In this document: positions 27,958-37,999 of the stretch, piece after piece
How positions within the stretch are numbered: the stretch's first letter is position 1
How the letters are laid out: every line of letters begins with the position of its first letter
NCBI GenBank assembly: GCA_050183625.1
Contig: JBFXBD010000022.1
Coordinates: forward strand, 23,052 to 87,051
DNA length: 64,000 nt
Direction: 5' to 3'
From: Gammaproteobacteria bacterium
Lineage (GTDB): Bacteria; Pseudomonadota; Gammaproteobacteria; JADZEE01
The notes under the pieces: model-generated
The model's database searches: none
What the model was told of the DNA's origin: nothing
Seen by the model: the letters and a program-made list of their open reading frames with translations, nothing else
Translations under genes and position numbers: made by a program

Positions 27958-29109
27958 ATGCAACGGCTGATTTTCTCCGCGGACTCGCACATCGTCGAAC
28001 CACCGCAAATGTGGCAGGAGCGGGTCGAACCGGCATATCGCGATCGCGCGCCCCGGATCGAGCGCGATCTGGGCGGTCGCAAGGGCGAGTACTACGTTTT
28101 CGATACGCTCAGGCCCATCGTGGTCACGCGATTCTTCGGCGCGGGCCATCTGCGCAATCACGACGACTGGGCGGCATTCGAGCCCGGTGGCTTTGAACGC
28201 GCGCCGAAGTCGATATTCGACCCGGGTGCGCGCCTGAAGGAGCAGGACGACGATGGCGTCGACGGCGAACTGCTGTTCCCGACCATGGGCATGGTGATGC
28301 TCGCGGCGAAGGACGAACTGCTCAAGGCGGCCTGTTTCCGAGCCGTGAATGGCTACCTCGCCGAGTACTGTCGTCAGGATCCCGATCGCCTCATCGGCGT
28401 AGGGGTCGTGAGCCTGCACGACACCGCCGCCGCCATCAAGGATCTGCAGGACGCGCGCGCCATGGGTCTGCGAGGCGTGCTGATCACCGGGTCGCCCGGC
28501 TCCGGTGGCTTCGGCGCCAGGGAACTCGATCCATTCTGGGCGGTGGCCCAGGATCTCGACATGCCGCTGACCATGCACGATCTCCAGACCCGCGGCCAGG
28601 TCGCCTTCACGATGCAGGAAGGTCGTGAGCGATTCGGGTTTTTCATGCTGCCGATGGAAGTGCAACTCACGCTCGCGGAGATGATCTTCAGCGGATTGTT
28701 CGATCGCTTTCCCAGGCTGAAGGTCGTGTCGGCCGAGAATGACATCGGCTGGCTGCCGCACTTCGTGCACCGAATGGATCACGCCTGTACCAAGATCCAG
28801 TCCGACGCCCGTGTACTGAAGCGGCTGCCGGGCCAGGTCGTGCGTGAAAACGTCTGGGCTTCCACGCAGTTCGAGAACGCCAACATCGTCAACTATGTCG
28901 CCAGGGCCATCGGAATCGATCGGGTGATGTGGGGGTCGGACTATCCGCACCCCGATTCGACGTTTCCCGGGACCCGGCGGTTCATTCTCGACACGTATGG
29001 CGAGCTCGACACGAACGACCAGGCATCGTTCCTCGGCGGCAACGTCACACGCCTGTACCAGGTCGACTTGGAAAGACTGCAAAGCCGGCGCGCCCCGCGC
29101 GCCCGGTAG
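27958..29109 (+). CDS. Amidohydrolase-2 family metal-dependent hydrolase (ACMSD/LigI-like)
   Basis: IFSADSHIVEP N-terminal motif and HPDS near the C-terminus (WGSDYPHPDS) are present, giving a TIM-barrel hydrolase pattern. Confidence 0.75.
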   Translation: MQRLIFSADSHIVEPPQMWQERVEPAYRDRAPRIERDLGGRKGEYYVFDTLRPIVVTRFFGAGHLRNHDDWAAFEPGGFERAPKSIFDPGARLKEQDDDGVDGELLFPTMGMVMLAAKDELLKAACFRAVNGYLAEYCRQDPDRLIGVGVVSLHDTAAAIKDLQDARAMGLRGVLITGSPGSGGFGARELDPFWAVAQDLDMPLTMHDLQTRGQVAFTMQEGRERFGFFMLPMEVQLTLAEMIFSGLFDRFPRLKVVSAENDIGWLPHFVHRMDHACTKIQSDARVLKRLPGQVVRENVWASTQFENANIVNYVARAIGIDRVMWGSDYPHPDSTFPGTRRFILDTYGELDTNDQASFLGGNVTRLYQVDLERLQSRRAPRAR

Positions 29110-29202
29110 CGCGCAAGCGATCAGGGCGGCAGCGACAGAGGCGTCGGCAAGTGCTACGGTAACGGCGCATCGTCGCCAGCCCACCACGCATCGGAGCGTG
29201 CA

Positions 29203-29988
29203 ATGCAGTCGAAGGATCTGTTCAATCTCCAGGGCCGGACCGCGCTGGTCACCGGTGGCTCGAAGGGCATCGGCCTTTACATCGCCGAGGGGCTCGGCGA
29301 AATGGGCGCCAGGGTCATCATCACCGCGCGCAAGGCCGCGGACCTGGAGCAGGCCGGCGCCCACCTGAGCGCCCTGGGCATCGACAACCGCGTAATCGCC
29401 TGCGACGCCAGCAGGCAGGAGAACATCCCCGTCCTGGTCGATCGGGTGCTCGAACATTTCGGCGGGCTCGACATCCTGGTCAACAACGCCGGCACCAACT
29501 GGATCGCACCGGCGGAGGATTACCCCGACGCGGGATGGCGCAAGGTGATGGACCTGGACATCGACGCCCCGTTCCTGCTCAGCCGCGAGATCGGCAGGCG
29601 CATCATGATCCCGCGCCGATCCGGCCGCATCATCAACATCGGTTCCACCGCCGCGATCCAGGGCAACGGCGCAGTCACGCCCGGCGGATCGCATTTCATC
29701 GGCTATCACGCCGCCAAGGGCGCGCTGCACAGCTTCACGCGCGGCCTGGCGGTGGAATGGGGCCATCACAACATCACGGTCAACTGCCTGTGCCCCGGGT
29801 TCATCGCGACCAGGGGCGCGGCCGCCTACCAGGCGACGGTCCTGCCCGGCGTGCTGCCGCTGACGCCGTTGCGGCGCGCCGGCGGCTGCGACGACATCAA
29901 GGGGGCGGCGATCTTCCTGGCGTCGGACGCCGCCGCCTTCATGACGGGGCACACGCTGGTCGTCGACGGCGGGCTGTCGATCATCTGA
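29203..29988 (+). CDS. SDR-family oxidoreductase
   Basis: TALVTGGSKGIGLYIA is a TGxxxGxG motif. NNAG and the YHAAK catalytic motif are also present. Confidence 0.85.
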   Translation: MQSKDLFNLQGRTALVTGGSKGIGLYIAEGLGEMGARVIITARKAADLEQAGAHLSALGIDNRVIACDASRQENIPVLVDRVLEHFGGLDILVNNAGTNWIAPAEDYPDAGWRKVMDLDIDAPFLLSREIGRRIMIPRRSGRIINIGSTAAIQGNGAVTPGGSHFIGYHAAKGALHSFTRGLAVEWGHHNITVNCLCPGFIATRGAAAYQATVLPGVLPLTPLRRAGGCDDIKGAAIFLASDAAAFMTGHTLVVDGGLSII

Positions 29989-29996
29989 GCCTGCCC

Positions 29997-30806
29997 GTGC
30001 TCGAAGCGCCGCGCGCAATTCAGCTTTCGCTGTTCGAGGAACCGCTGCATCCGGCGCCGGCGCCGGATCCGCGCCGGCTGATCCGGGTCGCCGGCCGCCT
30101 CGTGGAGTATCGTTTCGAACGCCGGCGGCGGCGCACGATCCGGATCTCGATCGACGTGGACGGCCTGGCGATCGTCGCGCCGCAACGTACCGCCTGGCGC
30201 GACATCGAGGACTTCGTGCGCGAGAAGTCCGCATGGATCCTGCACAGCCTGGACGAGTGGAGCCGCCGGCCGAAGCCGGTGCTGCTGCGGGGGGCGAGCG
30301 GGGAGACGCTGCCGCTGTTCGGCGAGCCGGTCCGGATCGAGATCGTCCGCGGACGCAGTTCGGTCGAGCGTCAGGCCGGCCGGCTGTGCGTTTCCACCCG
30401 CGACCCCGCGCGCGGCGACGCCGTGCTGGCGCTGCTGATCCGGTGGTTGAAGTCCCAGACGCTTGCCGCCCTGGCACCACGGGTGGCGCACTACGCCGGC
30501 CTGCTCGGCGTGGGCGTTCCGCGCGTGGAGGTCTCCAATGCGCGCACGCAATGGGGCGTGTGCCACGCGAGCGGGCGGATCCGCCTGTCCTGGCGCCTGG
30601 TCCACGTCGAGCCCGCGCTGGCCGACTACGTCGTCGCGCACGAAGTGGCGCACCTGCTGCACATGAACCATTCGCGCCGGTTCTGGTCGGCGGTCGGCGG
30701 GCTCTATCCGCAATGGCGCGAAGCGCGGCGGCACCTGAACCTCGCCGACGCCGCGTTGCCGCGGTTCGCTGCGCGGGCGCGCCAGCCCGGCACCGGAGGT
30801 GCCTGA
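29997..30806 (+). CDS. YgjP-like M48-family metallohydrolase (DUF45)
   Basis: HEVAHLLHMNH is a HExxH-containing motif, with WGVCHASGRIRLSWRL typical of the YgjP/DUF45 family. A GTG start is assumed. Confidence 0.6.
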   Translation: MLEAPRAIQLSLFEEPLHPAPAPDPRRLIRVAGRLVEYRFERRRRRTIRISIDVDGLAIVAPQRTAWRDIEDFVREKSAWILHSLDEWSRRPKPVLLRGASGETLPLFGEPVRIEIVRGRSSVERQAGRLCVSTRDPARGDAVLALLIRWLKSQTLAALAPRVAHYAGLLGVGVPRVEVSNARTQWGVCHASGRIRLSWRLVHVEPALADYVVAHEVAHLLHMNHSRRFWSAVGGLYPQWREARRHLNLADAALPRFAARARQPGTGGA

Positions 30807-30875
30807 TCGGGTTCCGCGACGCGCTCGCGGAGGTGGTCCCTGGGATCCGGCTTGCCCGGCGCGCTCTGCTGCCAA

Positions 30876-32150
30876 TCAGCCGGCCACGCGCCGTTCGGCC
30901 CCGGGCGCGAGCGCCGGCAATGCGTGCTGGTCGTGGACGATCACCGCGCCTGCCTTGAGGATCAGCAGCAGGCGGCTGCGGTCCTTGAGGATGGAAATGT
31001 CCACGAGCGGGTCGCCGTCGACGACGAGCAGATCGGCCAGGAAGCCGGGACGGATGCTGCCCAGTTCGTCGCCGAGCCCCATGAGCGCCGCGCCGTTCCT
31101 CGTCGCCCAGCCGATGACGTCGCGCGCCGCGATGCCGGCCGTCCTGACGTAGAACTCCAGTTCGTCCGCATACATGCCGTGGTCCAGCGGCACCGCGCCG
31201 AAATCGTCGCCGAGCAGCAGTTTGACGCCGGCCTTGTTGGCGGCGGGAAGGACTTCGAGCATGAGATCGGTATCGCGCCGGATTCTGTCGGCCCACGCAC
31301 CGCTGAACATGCGGCTGACGCGGTAGGTGTACAGGCAGCTCGGTACCAGGAAGGTGCCGGCGGCGACGAGCCGGTCGATGCATTCGGCATCGAGCCCGTC
31401 GCCGTGGTCGACGACGTCGATTCCGAGTTCCACCGCGGTCAGGATCGCGGCGCGGGTGGCGATATGCGCCCGCACCTTGACGAGGCGCTCGTGCGCGGCG
31501 CTGATGGCGGCCGCCAGCTCCTCGCGGGTCAGATCCATCGGCGCCGGCACGCCCGGCACCGCATGGCCGCTGGTCAGGAAAATCTTGATGATCTCCGCGC
31601 CGCGGCGCACCTCTTCGCGGACCGCACGGCGATAGGCGTCGGCGCCGTCGGTGCGCACGATCCCGGGCGGGCTGCCCTCCCAGTACCAGGGATAGGACGA
31701 GTCCTGTGAATGTCCGGTGGAACTCACGTCGCGGCTGCCGGCGACGATGCGCGGGCCCTGGAACAGCCCCGCCTCGATCGCCATCTTGGCGCTGGCGTCG
31801 ATGGCGAAGGGCGCACCGCCGCTGACCACGCCGGTGAAGCCCGAGCGCAGCGCGAGCTGCAGGTGGTGCATCGCGCGCATGGCCTGCAGCGGCGGCGGTG
31901 CATCCATGCCGACCGGCAGCAGGGGCGCGCCGCCGACGTTGTGGTACGTGGCGTGATAGTGGCAGTTGATCATCCCCGGCATGACGCTGCGCCCGCCCAG
32001 GTCCAGGCGCAGTTCGTCCGGCAGCGCCGGTGGTGCGCCGTCGAAGTTCACAGCCGAGATCCGATCGCCGTCGATGACGATGGTGGCCGGGCGCGTATCG
32101 GCCAGATCCGCGTCGACGAGCCTGGCGTTCATCAGCGTGAGTCGGTGCAT
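30876..32150 (-). CDS. Amidohydrolase-family protein (metal-dependent hydrolase)
   Basis: MPGMINCHYHA is the HxH metal-binding motif, with downstream His/Asp ligands. It is the last gene of the minus-strand P450-GMC-amidohydrolase cluster. Confidence 0.7.
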   Translation of the reverse strand: MHRLTLMNARLVDADLADTRPATIVIDGDRISAVNFDGAPPALPDELRLDLGGRSVMPGMINCHYHATYHNVGGAPLLPVGMDAPPPLQAMRAMHHLQLALRSGFTGVVSGGAPFAIDASAKMAIEAGLFQGPRIVAGSRDVSSTGHSQDSSYPWYWEGSPPGIVRTDGADAYRRAVREEVRRGAEIIKIFLTSGHAVPGVPAPMDLTREELAAAISAAHERLVKVRAHIATRAAILTAVELGIDVVDHGDGLDAECIDRLVAAGTFLVPSCLYTYRVSRMFSGAWADRIRRDTDLMLEVLPAANKAGVKLLLGDDFGAVPLDHGMYADELEFYVRTAGIAARDVIGWATRNGAALMGLGDELGSIRPGFLADLLVVDGDPLVDISILKDRSRLLLILKAGAVIVHDQHALPALAPGAERRVAG

Positions 32151-32199
32151 GCGATGCTCCCAAGGTTCATGCGGCGACGGCGGGCCGGGCGCCTGCCCG

Positions 32200-34302
32200 C
32201 TATGGTCCGTCGCCGCCGAGCAGGTGATCCAGCAGGCCCTCGTCAATGTACGCCGGGTAGCGATCCGGAGTCACGGGCCGGGCCTCCTGGCCGGCGTAGC
32301 CGAGGCGTTCGCGCACGCCGGCATCCAGGTAGTAGCTTCCAGCCACGGCGTACAGCAGTGCCTGGTGCGCGCCCGGGTCCTCGCGGGAGAGCGCGGCAAG
32401 CCGCGCCGCACCGGTGCCTGAGAACGGCAGCAGCGCGCGCTTCAGATCCGCGATGACGTCGGTACGGACCGACAGGGCGCGATCCAGAAGTCGGCCGTGC
32501 GCGTCGATCGCCGACGGTGCCGGCATCCCTTCCGCCGCGGCGATGAGCGTGTCGGCGAGCAATGCGAAGCGCGCGCGTTCCTCCGCCGCGACCGCCTGGC
32601 CGGCCTGTGCATCCAGGAACGGCACGACCCGCACCTGCGGCGCTGCATCCGCCTCGCGCTCCGGCACGCGCGACTGTGCCCGCCGCGCCGGCACCGGCAG
32701 ATTGGCGCGCCGTTCGAGAAGGTGCTCGGCGGCACGCAGCGCCAGCGCGCAGATCGTGCTGGTGGGGTTCACCGCCGAGGAGGTGACGAACACGCTGCCG
32801 TCGATGATGCCGAGGTTGGGTACGTCGTGCGCCATGCACCAGCGGTCCACGACCGAACTGCGTGGGTCCTCGCCCATGCGCGCGGTACCGACCAGATGCG
32901 CGTTGGCACCCGCCGGATCGAATACGTCCACCTGCCGGGCGCCGGCGCCCCTGAAAACGTCCGCCGCCGCCTGGGCGTTGAACGTCAGGCAGCGGCGGGC
33001 GTCGGCGCTGTAGCGATACTGGAGTTTCGGCGCCGGAATGCCGGCGGCGTCCCGGACCTCCCGGGACAGTACGACTCGGTTTTCCGGTTCCGGCAGATCC
33101 TCGACCATCACCGACCAGTTCATGCTCCGGCCCAGGCGCTCGCGCATCCTGCGGTGATGCTCGGCCCCGTCCGCCTGCTGCGCGAACACGCCGAGCGCGG
33201 TCTGCACCGGGCCGAACGCGCTGGGATGCAGCGCCCACTTGCCGCCGCCCAGGAAGCCGCGCGATGGATCCGACGTCGCGAACTGCAGGCACTGCACGGT
33301 GGAGCCGTTATGGCCCTGCCAGCTCTTCATGTCCTCGTCGAATATGCCCGTGACGAGGGCCAGCGGATGCAGCATCAGGCGCCGGCCGACCAGATCGGAG
33401 CGGTTCGCCAGGCCGTCGGGAAATCCCGCGCAGGCGGAGTTGAGCAGCAGGCGCGGCGTGCCGATGCCGTTGGCGGCGCACAGGACCACGTCGGCGGACT
33501 GAAACCAGGTCCTGCCGCGGGCATCGATCCACTCCGCGCCGGTGGCCAGTCCGCGCTCGTCGACGAGGATCCGATGCGCGTACGCACCGGTGATGACGCG
33601 CGCGCCCAATGCCACCGCGGGCTGCCAGTGGGTGACGTCGATGGAGGACTTGGCGCCTTCGTTGCAACCGGTGTGGCAGGTCCCGCGCTGCACGCATGCG
33701 CGCCGGCCGTTGTAGGGGACGGAAAGGATCGCGTTCGTGTCGGGCCACCAGTGCCAGCCCCGGCGGTGCAACTCGCGCGCAACGCGCAGGCTGCCGGGGT
33801 TGAAGGGCAGGGGCGGCAGCGGCGGGTCCGCGCCCTGGGGATAGGCGGGATTGCCGCCCAGCCCGGACACGCCGATGTCGCGATCGGTACGCTCGTAGAA
33901 CGGCAGCAGTTCCTGGTAGGTGAGCGGCCAGTCGTCGGCGTAGCCGGCCAGGGTGCGCGACTGGAAGTTCACCGGCAGCGGGCGGATCCAGACGGCATTG
34001 AACAGCACCGTGCCGCCGCCGACGCCGTGGAAGTTCAGCACCGCCATGTCGGACTCGGACAAGTCCAGCGGGCAGTCCTCGGGGCTGCCGCGCAGCCCGC
34101 ACAGCGAGGCCCACTGCTTGAGCGCGGTGTGTTCCCAGTCCCAGTGCGCGCCGCGATAGTCCTCGCGCGACTGCCAGTAGCCCTGCTCGAGCGCGACCAC
34201 CGACAGGCCGGCTTCGGCCAGCCGGCGCGCGGCGATGCCGCCGGAAGCGCCCGCACCGATGATGAGGATGTCGGCGTGGCTCGTTCGTGGCTGGGTGGCC
34301 AT
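32200..34302 (-). CDS. GMC-family FAD oxidoreductase fused to a gluconate-2-dehydrogenase subunit-3-like C-terminal domain
   Basis: The N-terminal DILIIGAGASGGIAARRL is an FAD motif, with GMC motifs through about residue 540. The C-terminal roughly 150 aa resemble the small gamma subunit of membrane sorbitol/gluconate dehydrogenases. Confidence 0.7.
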   Translation of the reverse strand: MATQPRTSHADILIIGAGASGGIAARRLAEAGLSVVALEQGYWQSREDYRGAHWDWEHTALKQWASLCGLRGSPEDCPLDLSESDMAVLNFHGVGGGTVLFNAVWIRPLPVNFQSRTLAGYADDWPLTYQELLPFYERTDRDIGVSGLGGNPAYPQGADPPLPPLPFNPGSLRVARELHRRGWHWWPDTNAILSVPYNGRRACVQRGTCHTGCNEGAKSSIDVTHWQPAVALGARVITGAYAHRILVDERGLATGAEWIDARGRTWFQSADVVLCAANGIGTPRLLLNSACAGFPDGLANRSDLVGRRLMLHPLALVTGIFDEDMKSWQGHNGSTVQCLQFATSDPSRGFLGGGKWALHPSAFGPVQTALGVFAQQADGAEHHRRMRERLGRSMNWSVMVEDLPEPENRVVLSREVRDAAGIPAPKLQYRYSADARRCLTFNAQAAADVFRGAGARQVDVFDPAGANAHLVGTARMGEDPRSSVVDRWCMAHDVPNLGIIDGSVFVTSSAVNPTSTICALALRAAEHLLERRANLPVPARRAQSRVPEREADAAPQVRVVPFLDAQAGQAVAAEERARFALLADTLIAAAEGMPAPSAIDAHGRLLDRALSVRTDVIADLKRALLPFSGTGAARLAALSREDPGAHQALLYAVAGSYYLDAGVRERLGYAGQEARPVTPDRYPAYIDEGLLDHLLGGDGP

Positions 34303-34413
34303 CGCTTTCTCCGTAAGTTTGGCGCGCGGCGCACCGCGCCCGGATGCGGGCCATTCTGCTGCCGTGACGCCAGTGCGGCAAGGCGATCGCCGCCGGTTGA
34401 GCGGGGGGCGGAT

Positions 34414-35607
34414 TCAGCCCCGGGCGTTGAAGGCAATGGGGAACCTCGAATACCCCTGCACGAACTCGGTACGCCAGCGCTCGGCGCGGTCCGGCAGCAC
34501 TTCGTAGTCCGGGAAGCGGCGCAGTACCTCCTCGAACAGCACCACCCCTTCCATGGTGGCGTGGTAGGCGCCCAGGCAGCGGTGCGGTCCATGGCCGAAG
34601 CTCAGGATGCGGGCCGGATTGCGGTGGATGTCGAAGCGGTCGGGGTCGGCGAACTGGCGCTCGTCGCGATTGCCGGACGGGTAAAGGAAAATCACCGGCT
34701 GGCCGCGCCGCAGCGCGTGGCCGCGGATCTCGTGATCGCGCGCGACGGTGCGTCCCAGCCATTGGGTGGGCATGTCGTAGCGCAGGATCTCGTTCAAGGC
34801 AGCCGGGATGAGCGCCGGGTTCGCGCACAGTTCGCGGCGCTGGTCCGGATGCTGCCAAAGGCGCAGCAGGCCGGAGGCGAACACCTTCGGAAAGGTCTCG
34901 GTGGCACCGATGAGCATGATCACCATGTGCCCGGCGATCCACTCCGGCGCGCGCGGCCGGCCCTGTTCGTCGACCTCGCGCACCATCGTGCCGACGACGT
35001 CCTCGCCGGCGTTGCCGCCCGCGCGCCGCCGGCGTGCGAGATCCTGCATGTACTCGAAGGCCTCGCGCATGGCCGCCAGCGCCGAGGGCGGGTTGCCCTC
35101 GACGCCCTCCTCGCGCGCGAAGGTGCGCGCGACGAGGTCCACCAGGTAGGCGGCGTCCTCGATCGGAAAGCCGCTGACCGCGCAGGCGACGCGCACGGCG
35201 ACCTGCTGCGACAGCTCGCCGACCGCGTCGATGTTGCCGCGGTCGAGGTGCCGGTCCAGGCATTCGGACGCCCACTGTCGAATGCGTTCCTGCAGCGCGC
35301 GCGCCGCGCGTGGTCCGAAGTAGCCGAACAGGCGCCCGCGAAGCTGCGTGTGCGCGGGCGGGTCCATCGAGTTGATCATCTCGAAGGGTTGCTGCCTGCG
35401 TTCCAGCAGCATCCGATCCGAGGTGCCGGGCACCGAGGTGTAGTTCACGGTATCTTCCGACGCCGTGCAGATGTCCTGGAACAGCGCCAGCGCCCAGGCA
35501 TCGAACCGTTCCATGTAGTAGACGGGCTGCTCCCGGCGCAGGCGTGCATAGATCGGGTACGGATCGTCCATGATCTGCGGCATGTAGGGATCGTACAAAT
35601 CGCTCAT
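34414..35607 (-). CDS. Cytochrome P450
   Basis: FGHGPHRCLG is the heme-thiolate loop, with ETFP as an ExxR-region analogue. It is 397 aa. Confidence 0.85.
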   Translation of the reverse strand: MSDLYDPYMPQIMDDPYPIYARLRREQPVYYMERFDAWALALFQDICTASEDTVNYTSVPGTSDRMLLERRQQPFEMINSMDPPAHTQLRGRLFGYFGPRAARALQERIRQWASECLDRHLDRGNIDAVGELSQQVAVRVACAVSGFPIEDAAYLVDLVARTFAREEGVEGNPPSALAAMREAFEYMQDLARRRRAGGNAGEDVVGTMVREVDEQGRPRAPEWIAGHMVIMLIGATETFPKVFASGLLRLWQHPDQRRELCANPALIPAALNEILRYDMPTQWLGRTVARDHEIRGHALRRGQPVIFLYPSGNRDERQFADPDRFDIHRNPARILSFGHGPHRCLGAYHATMEGVVLFEEVLRRFPDYEVLPDRAERWRTEFVQGYSRFPIAFNARG

Positions 35608-35797
35608 CGTCTGAACCCCCTGTTGCGCAATGTGCGGCCAACGTCATACCTGTTGGCGAAGGATAGGCCATCACGCCCTGGGAATCATGATCGCGTTTCC
35701 GCAGTGCCCTGACGAGGCGAACCGAGAATTTTTCGCATCGGATCCGAAGGCGGTTCATGCTCCCGCGGCCTGCGCAGCCGATCTTCGCGAGGCCGAA

Positions 35798-35945
35798 CCG
35801 GGGCAGTCCCGGCCGATTGTGGCCATGAACGATCGTCGTCGCGAGCGCAGCGAAGCGACCCATGCGGCGCCGAATTGGTCGAGGCCGCCTGGATTGCCGC
35901 GGCCGCTGCGCGGCCTCGCAATGACGGAGCGGTTCATGGATAGCG
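35798..35945. repeat. Composite palindromic REP/MITE-like element, copy 2
   Basis: ccggccgattgtggccatgaacgatcgtcgtcgcgagcgcagcgaagcgaccca...tggattgccgcggccgctgcgcggcctcgcaatgacggagcggttcatggatagcg is nearly identical to the copy at 60.97-61.2 kb. Confidence 0.7.
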
Positions 35946-36173
35946 CGCTCCAGGCCTTCGGAAAATCGACGCGCCGCCCCGGAGCTGTAGCGGCGCTCAA
36001 CGATTTTTTGCGACTCGAACTGGGCGCCGGGTCACAATCGGTGCGGGCGCATCGGGAGAAACTCACCGCGCGAGGCGCTAACATCACCGGACCTCCCGCC
36101 GGCCCAGATCCGCAGGCATCGGCGGCGCAGGCAGGTTCAAAATCGCAGGGGTTCATGAGTCCGCACAGAAGCC

Positions 36174-37232
36174 ATGGTCGAGTTGCTTACGCTGATTGCC
36201 GCTTTCATCGGATGCGCGCTCATCCTGCCGCAGGCCGAGCGCGTTGCCCCATCCCTGGGGATGGTGGACAGGCCGGCGGCGCGCAAGGTGCACGCGCGCC
36301 CGATCGCGCGGACCGGGGGATGGGGTATCGCGCTCGGTGCGTCGATTCCGTTCCTGCTCGCGCAGGGTTCCGGCCCGATGGCGGCGTCGTTCGCCGGGGC
36401 CGCGGCGCTGCTGTTCCTGTTCGGTTCCTGGGACGACGCCCGGAACCTCGGCCATCGAACCAAGTTCACCGGCCAAATCGTGGCCGCCGCGCTGGTCGTC
36501 TATCACGGCGACCTGTGGGTACAGCGGTTTCCGCTGCTCGGTGATCTGCTGCTGCCGGCCTGGATCGGGCGCCCGTTCACGGTGTTCGCGCTCGTGGGCA
36601 CCATGAACGCCGTGAATCATTCCGACGGTCTCGACGGACTGGCCGGCGGGGAGAGCCTGCTCAGCCTGTGCACGATGGGGACGCTGCTGCTGCTGTCGAG
36701 TTCGGCCGGCGACCCCGGGGCGGTGCTAGCCTGCGCAACGGTCGGCGCGACCGCAGCCTTCCTGCGCTGGAATATCCACCCTGCGCGTATATTCATGGGA
36801 GATACCGGCAGCGGATTCCTCGGCCTGGCCCTGGGCACCCTGGCGGTCTACCTGACCCAGGTCGCGGACGTGAGCGTCTCGCCCGCGGCGGCACTGCTGC
36901 TCATCGGTCTTCCAGTGGCGGATCTGCTGGTCGTCCTTGCCCTGCGCGTGCGTGGCCACGAGTCGTGGTTCGCGGCGAGCCGCAACCACTTCCATCACCG
37001 GCTGCTCGACCGCGGCTTCCCGCATCGAGTCACGGTCTGGATCCTCTGGTCGGTGCAGGCCGTGCTCGTTACGAGCGGCTATCTGCTTCGATCCCTGCCG
37101 GACTGGATGCTGCTCGCCTGGTATGTGGCGGTGTGCGGTGCGCTGGTGCTTTTCCTGGTCGCCGCGGAGCGCCGCGGCTGGACCTTCCACGGGGAACTCA
37201 CCGCGGTCCGGGGCGACCTGCCGCCGAACTGA
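36174..37232 (+). CDS. Polyprenyl-phosphate N-acetylhexosamine-1-phosphate transferase (WecA/MraY superfamily)
   Basis: NAVNHSDGLDGLAGG is the signature motif of the MraY/WecA family, and there are about 10 predicted TM helices. Confidence 0.75.
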   Translation: MVELLTLIAAFIGCALILPQAERVAPSLGMVDRPAARKVHARPIARTGGWGIALGASIPFLLAQGSGPMAASFAGAAALLFLFGSWDDARNLGHRTKFTGQIVAAALVVYHGDLWVQRFPLLGDLLLPAWIGRPFTVFALVGTMNAVNHSDGLDGLAGGESLLSLCTMGTLLLLSSSAGDPGAVLACATVGATAAFLRWNIHPARIFMGDTGSGFLGLALGTLAVYLTQVADVSVSPAAALLLIGLPVADLLVVLALRVRGHESWFAASRNHFHHRLLDRGFPHRVTVWILWSVQAVLVTSGYLLRSLPDWMLLAWYVAVCGALVLFLVAAERRGWTFHGELTAVRGDLPPN

Positions 37233-37333
37233 CGACCGCGGGCCACCGCGGCGCTGCCAGGAAAGCGCCGTGCGGGGCGGCAGGACGGATCATCCGGCGG
37301 CATGGCGCCTGCCACGATTGCCGTTGCAGGCCG

Positions 37334-37984
37334 TCACGGTCGCTTGTGCAGGAAGGCGAGGTTCGCGCGCGGGATCTCGCAGCGCCAGCCGTGGTGCAGG
37401 GCGACCGCGCGGAAGGTGTCCGGGCGGTAGAACACCACGTGCGTGGGATCGCGCCGGTAGTGCCATGCGGGGAAGGCCGCATCGTCGGTCTGGAACGTCG
37501 TCATCAGCGCCAGGATCCCGCCGGGCTTCAACAAGCCGTCGAGACGGTCGAACTCCTCGGCCGGGCGGTGGAAATGCTCGGCCACCTCGGTGCAGGTGAT
37601 GAAGTCGTAGGCCGCTTCGAGCGCGGTGCGATCATCGAAGAACAGGGGATCGTAAATCGCCATCCGATGCCCTGCCTCGGCCAGCATCGCCGCCAGCGCC
37701 GGCCCCGGCCCGCAGCCATAGTCCAGCCCGGAACTGCCCGGCGCGAGCCGTGCCAGCAACGGTACCGCCAGGCGCCCGAGGAACGCGCGATAGCCTGCAT
37801 CGTCGACCGCGTTGCGGTGCAGCCGATACTGCTCCTGCTCGACCCGCGGGCAGGGCAACTGCCCCGGGTCGAGAAAAGTCGCCTGGCAGTTCCGGCAACG
37901 CCAGTAATCGCAGCCATCGACGCGCACGAAGTGTGCGCACGGCGTGTCCAGGCACACGGGGCAGGCGGGCATGCGCGTCCTCAT
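37334..37984 (-). CDS. Class I SAM-dependent methyltransferase with N-terminal Cys4 zinc ribbon
   Basis: CPVC...CRNC is a zinc ribbon. LDYGCGPG is SAM motif I and GGILAL is motif III. Confidence 0.7.
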   Translation of the reverse strand: MRTRMPACPVCLDTPCAHFVRVDGCDYWRCRNCQATFLDPGQLPCPRVEQEQYRLHRNAVDDAGYRAFLGRLAVPLLARLAPGSSGLDYGCGPGPALAAMLAEAGHRMAIYDPLFFDDRTALEAAYDFITCTEVAEHFHRPAEEFDRLDGLLKPGGILALMTTFQTDDAAFPAWHYRRDPTHVVFYRPDTFRAVALHHGWRCEIPRANLAFLHKRP

Positions 37985-37999
37985 CGGCGCTCGATCGGG

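Noticed and set aside
27727-32163. 1478-aa minus-strand ORF
   Set aside because: It runs antisense through the amidohydrolase, SDR and YgjP genes and shows Arg/Gly/Pro low complexity. Only its last roughly 425 codons (30876-32150) are real, in the amidohydrolase frame.
32497-35712. 1071-aa plus-strand ORF and 851-aa minus ORF at 33308-35863
   Set aside because: They overlap the GMC and P450 genes in other frames or on the other strand. Their composition is Arg/Ala/Gly-rich without motifs.
35630-36544. 304-aa ORF spanning REP copy 2 and overlapping the WecA-like start
   Set aside because: The frame is maintained only by chance through the repeat element (RFMDSA is encoded by ggttcatggatagcg). 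It overlaps a well-supported gene and has no motifs.
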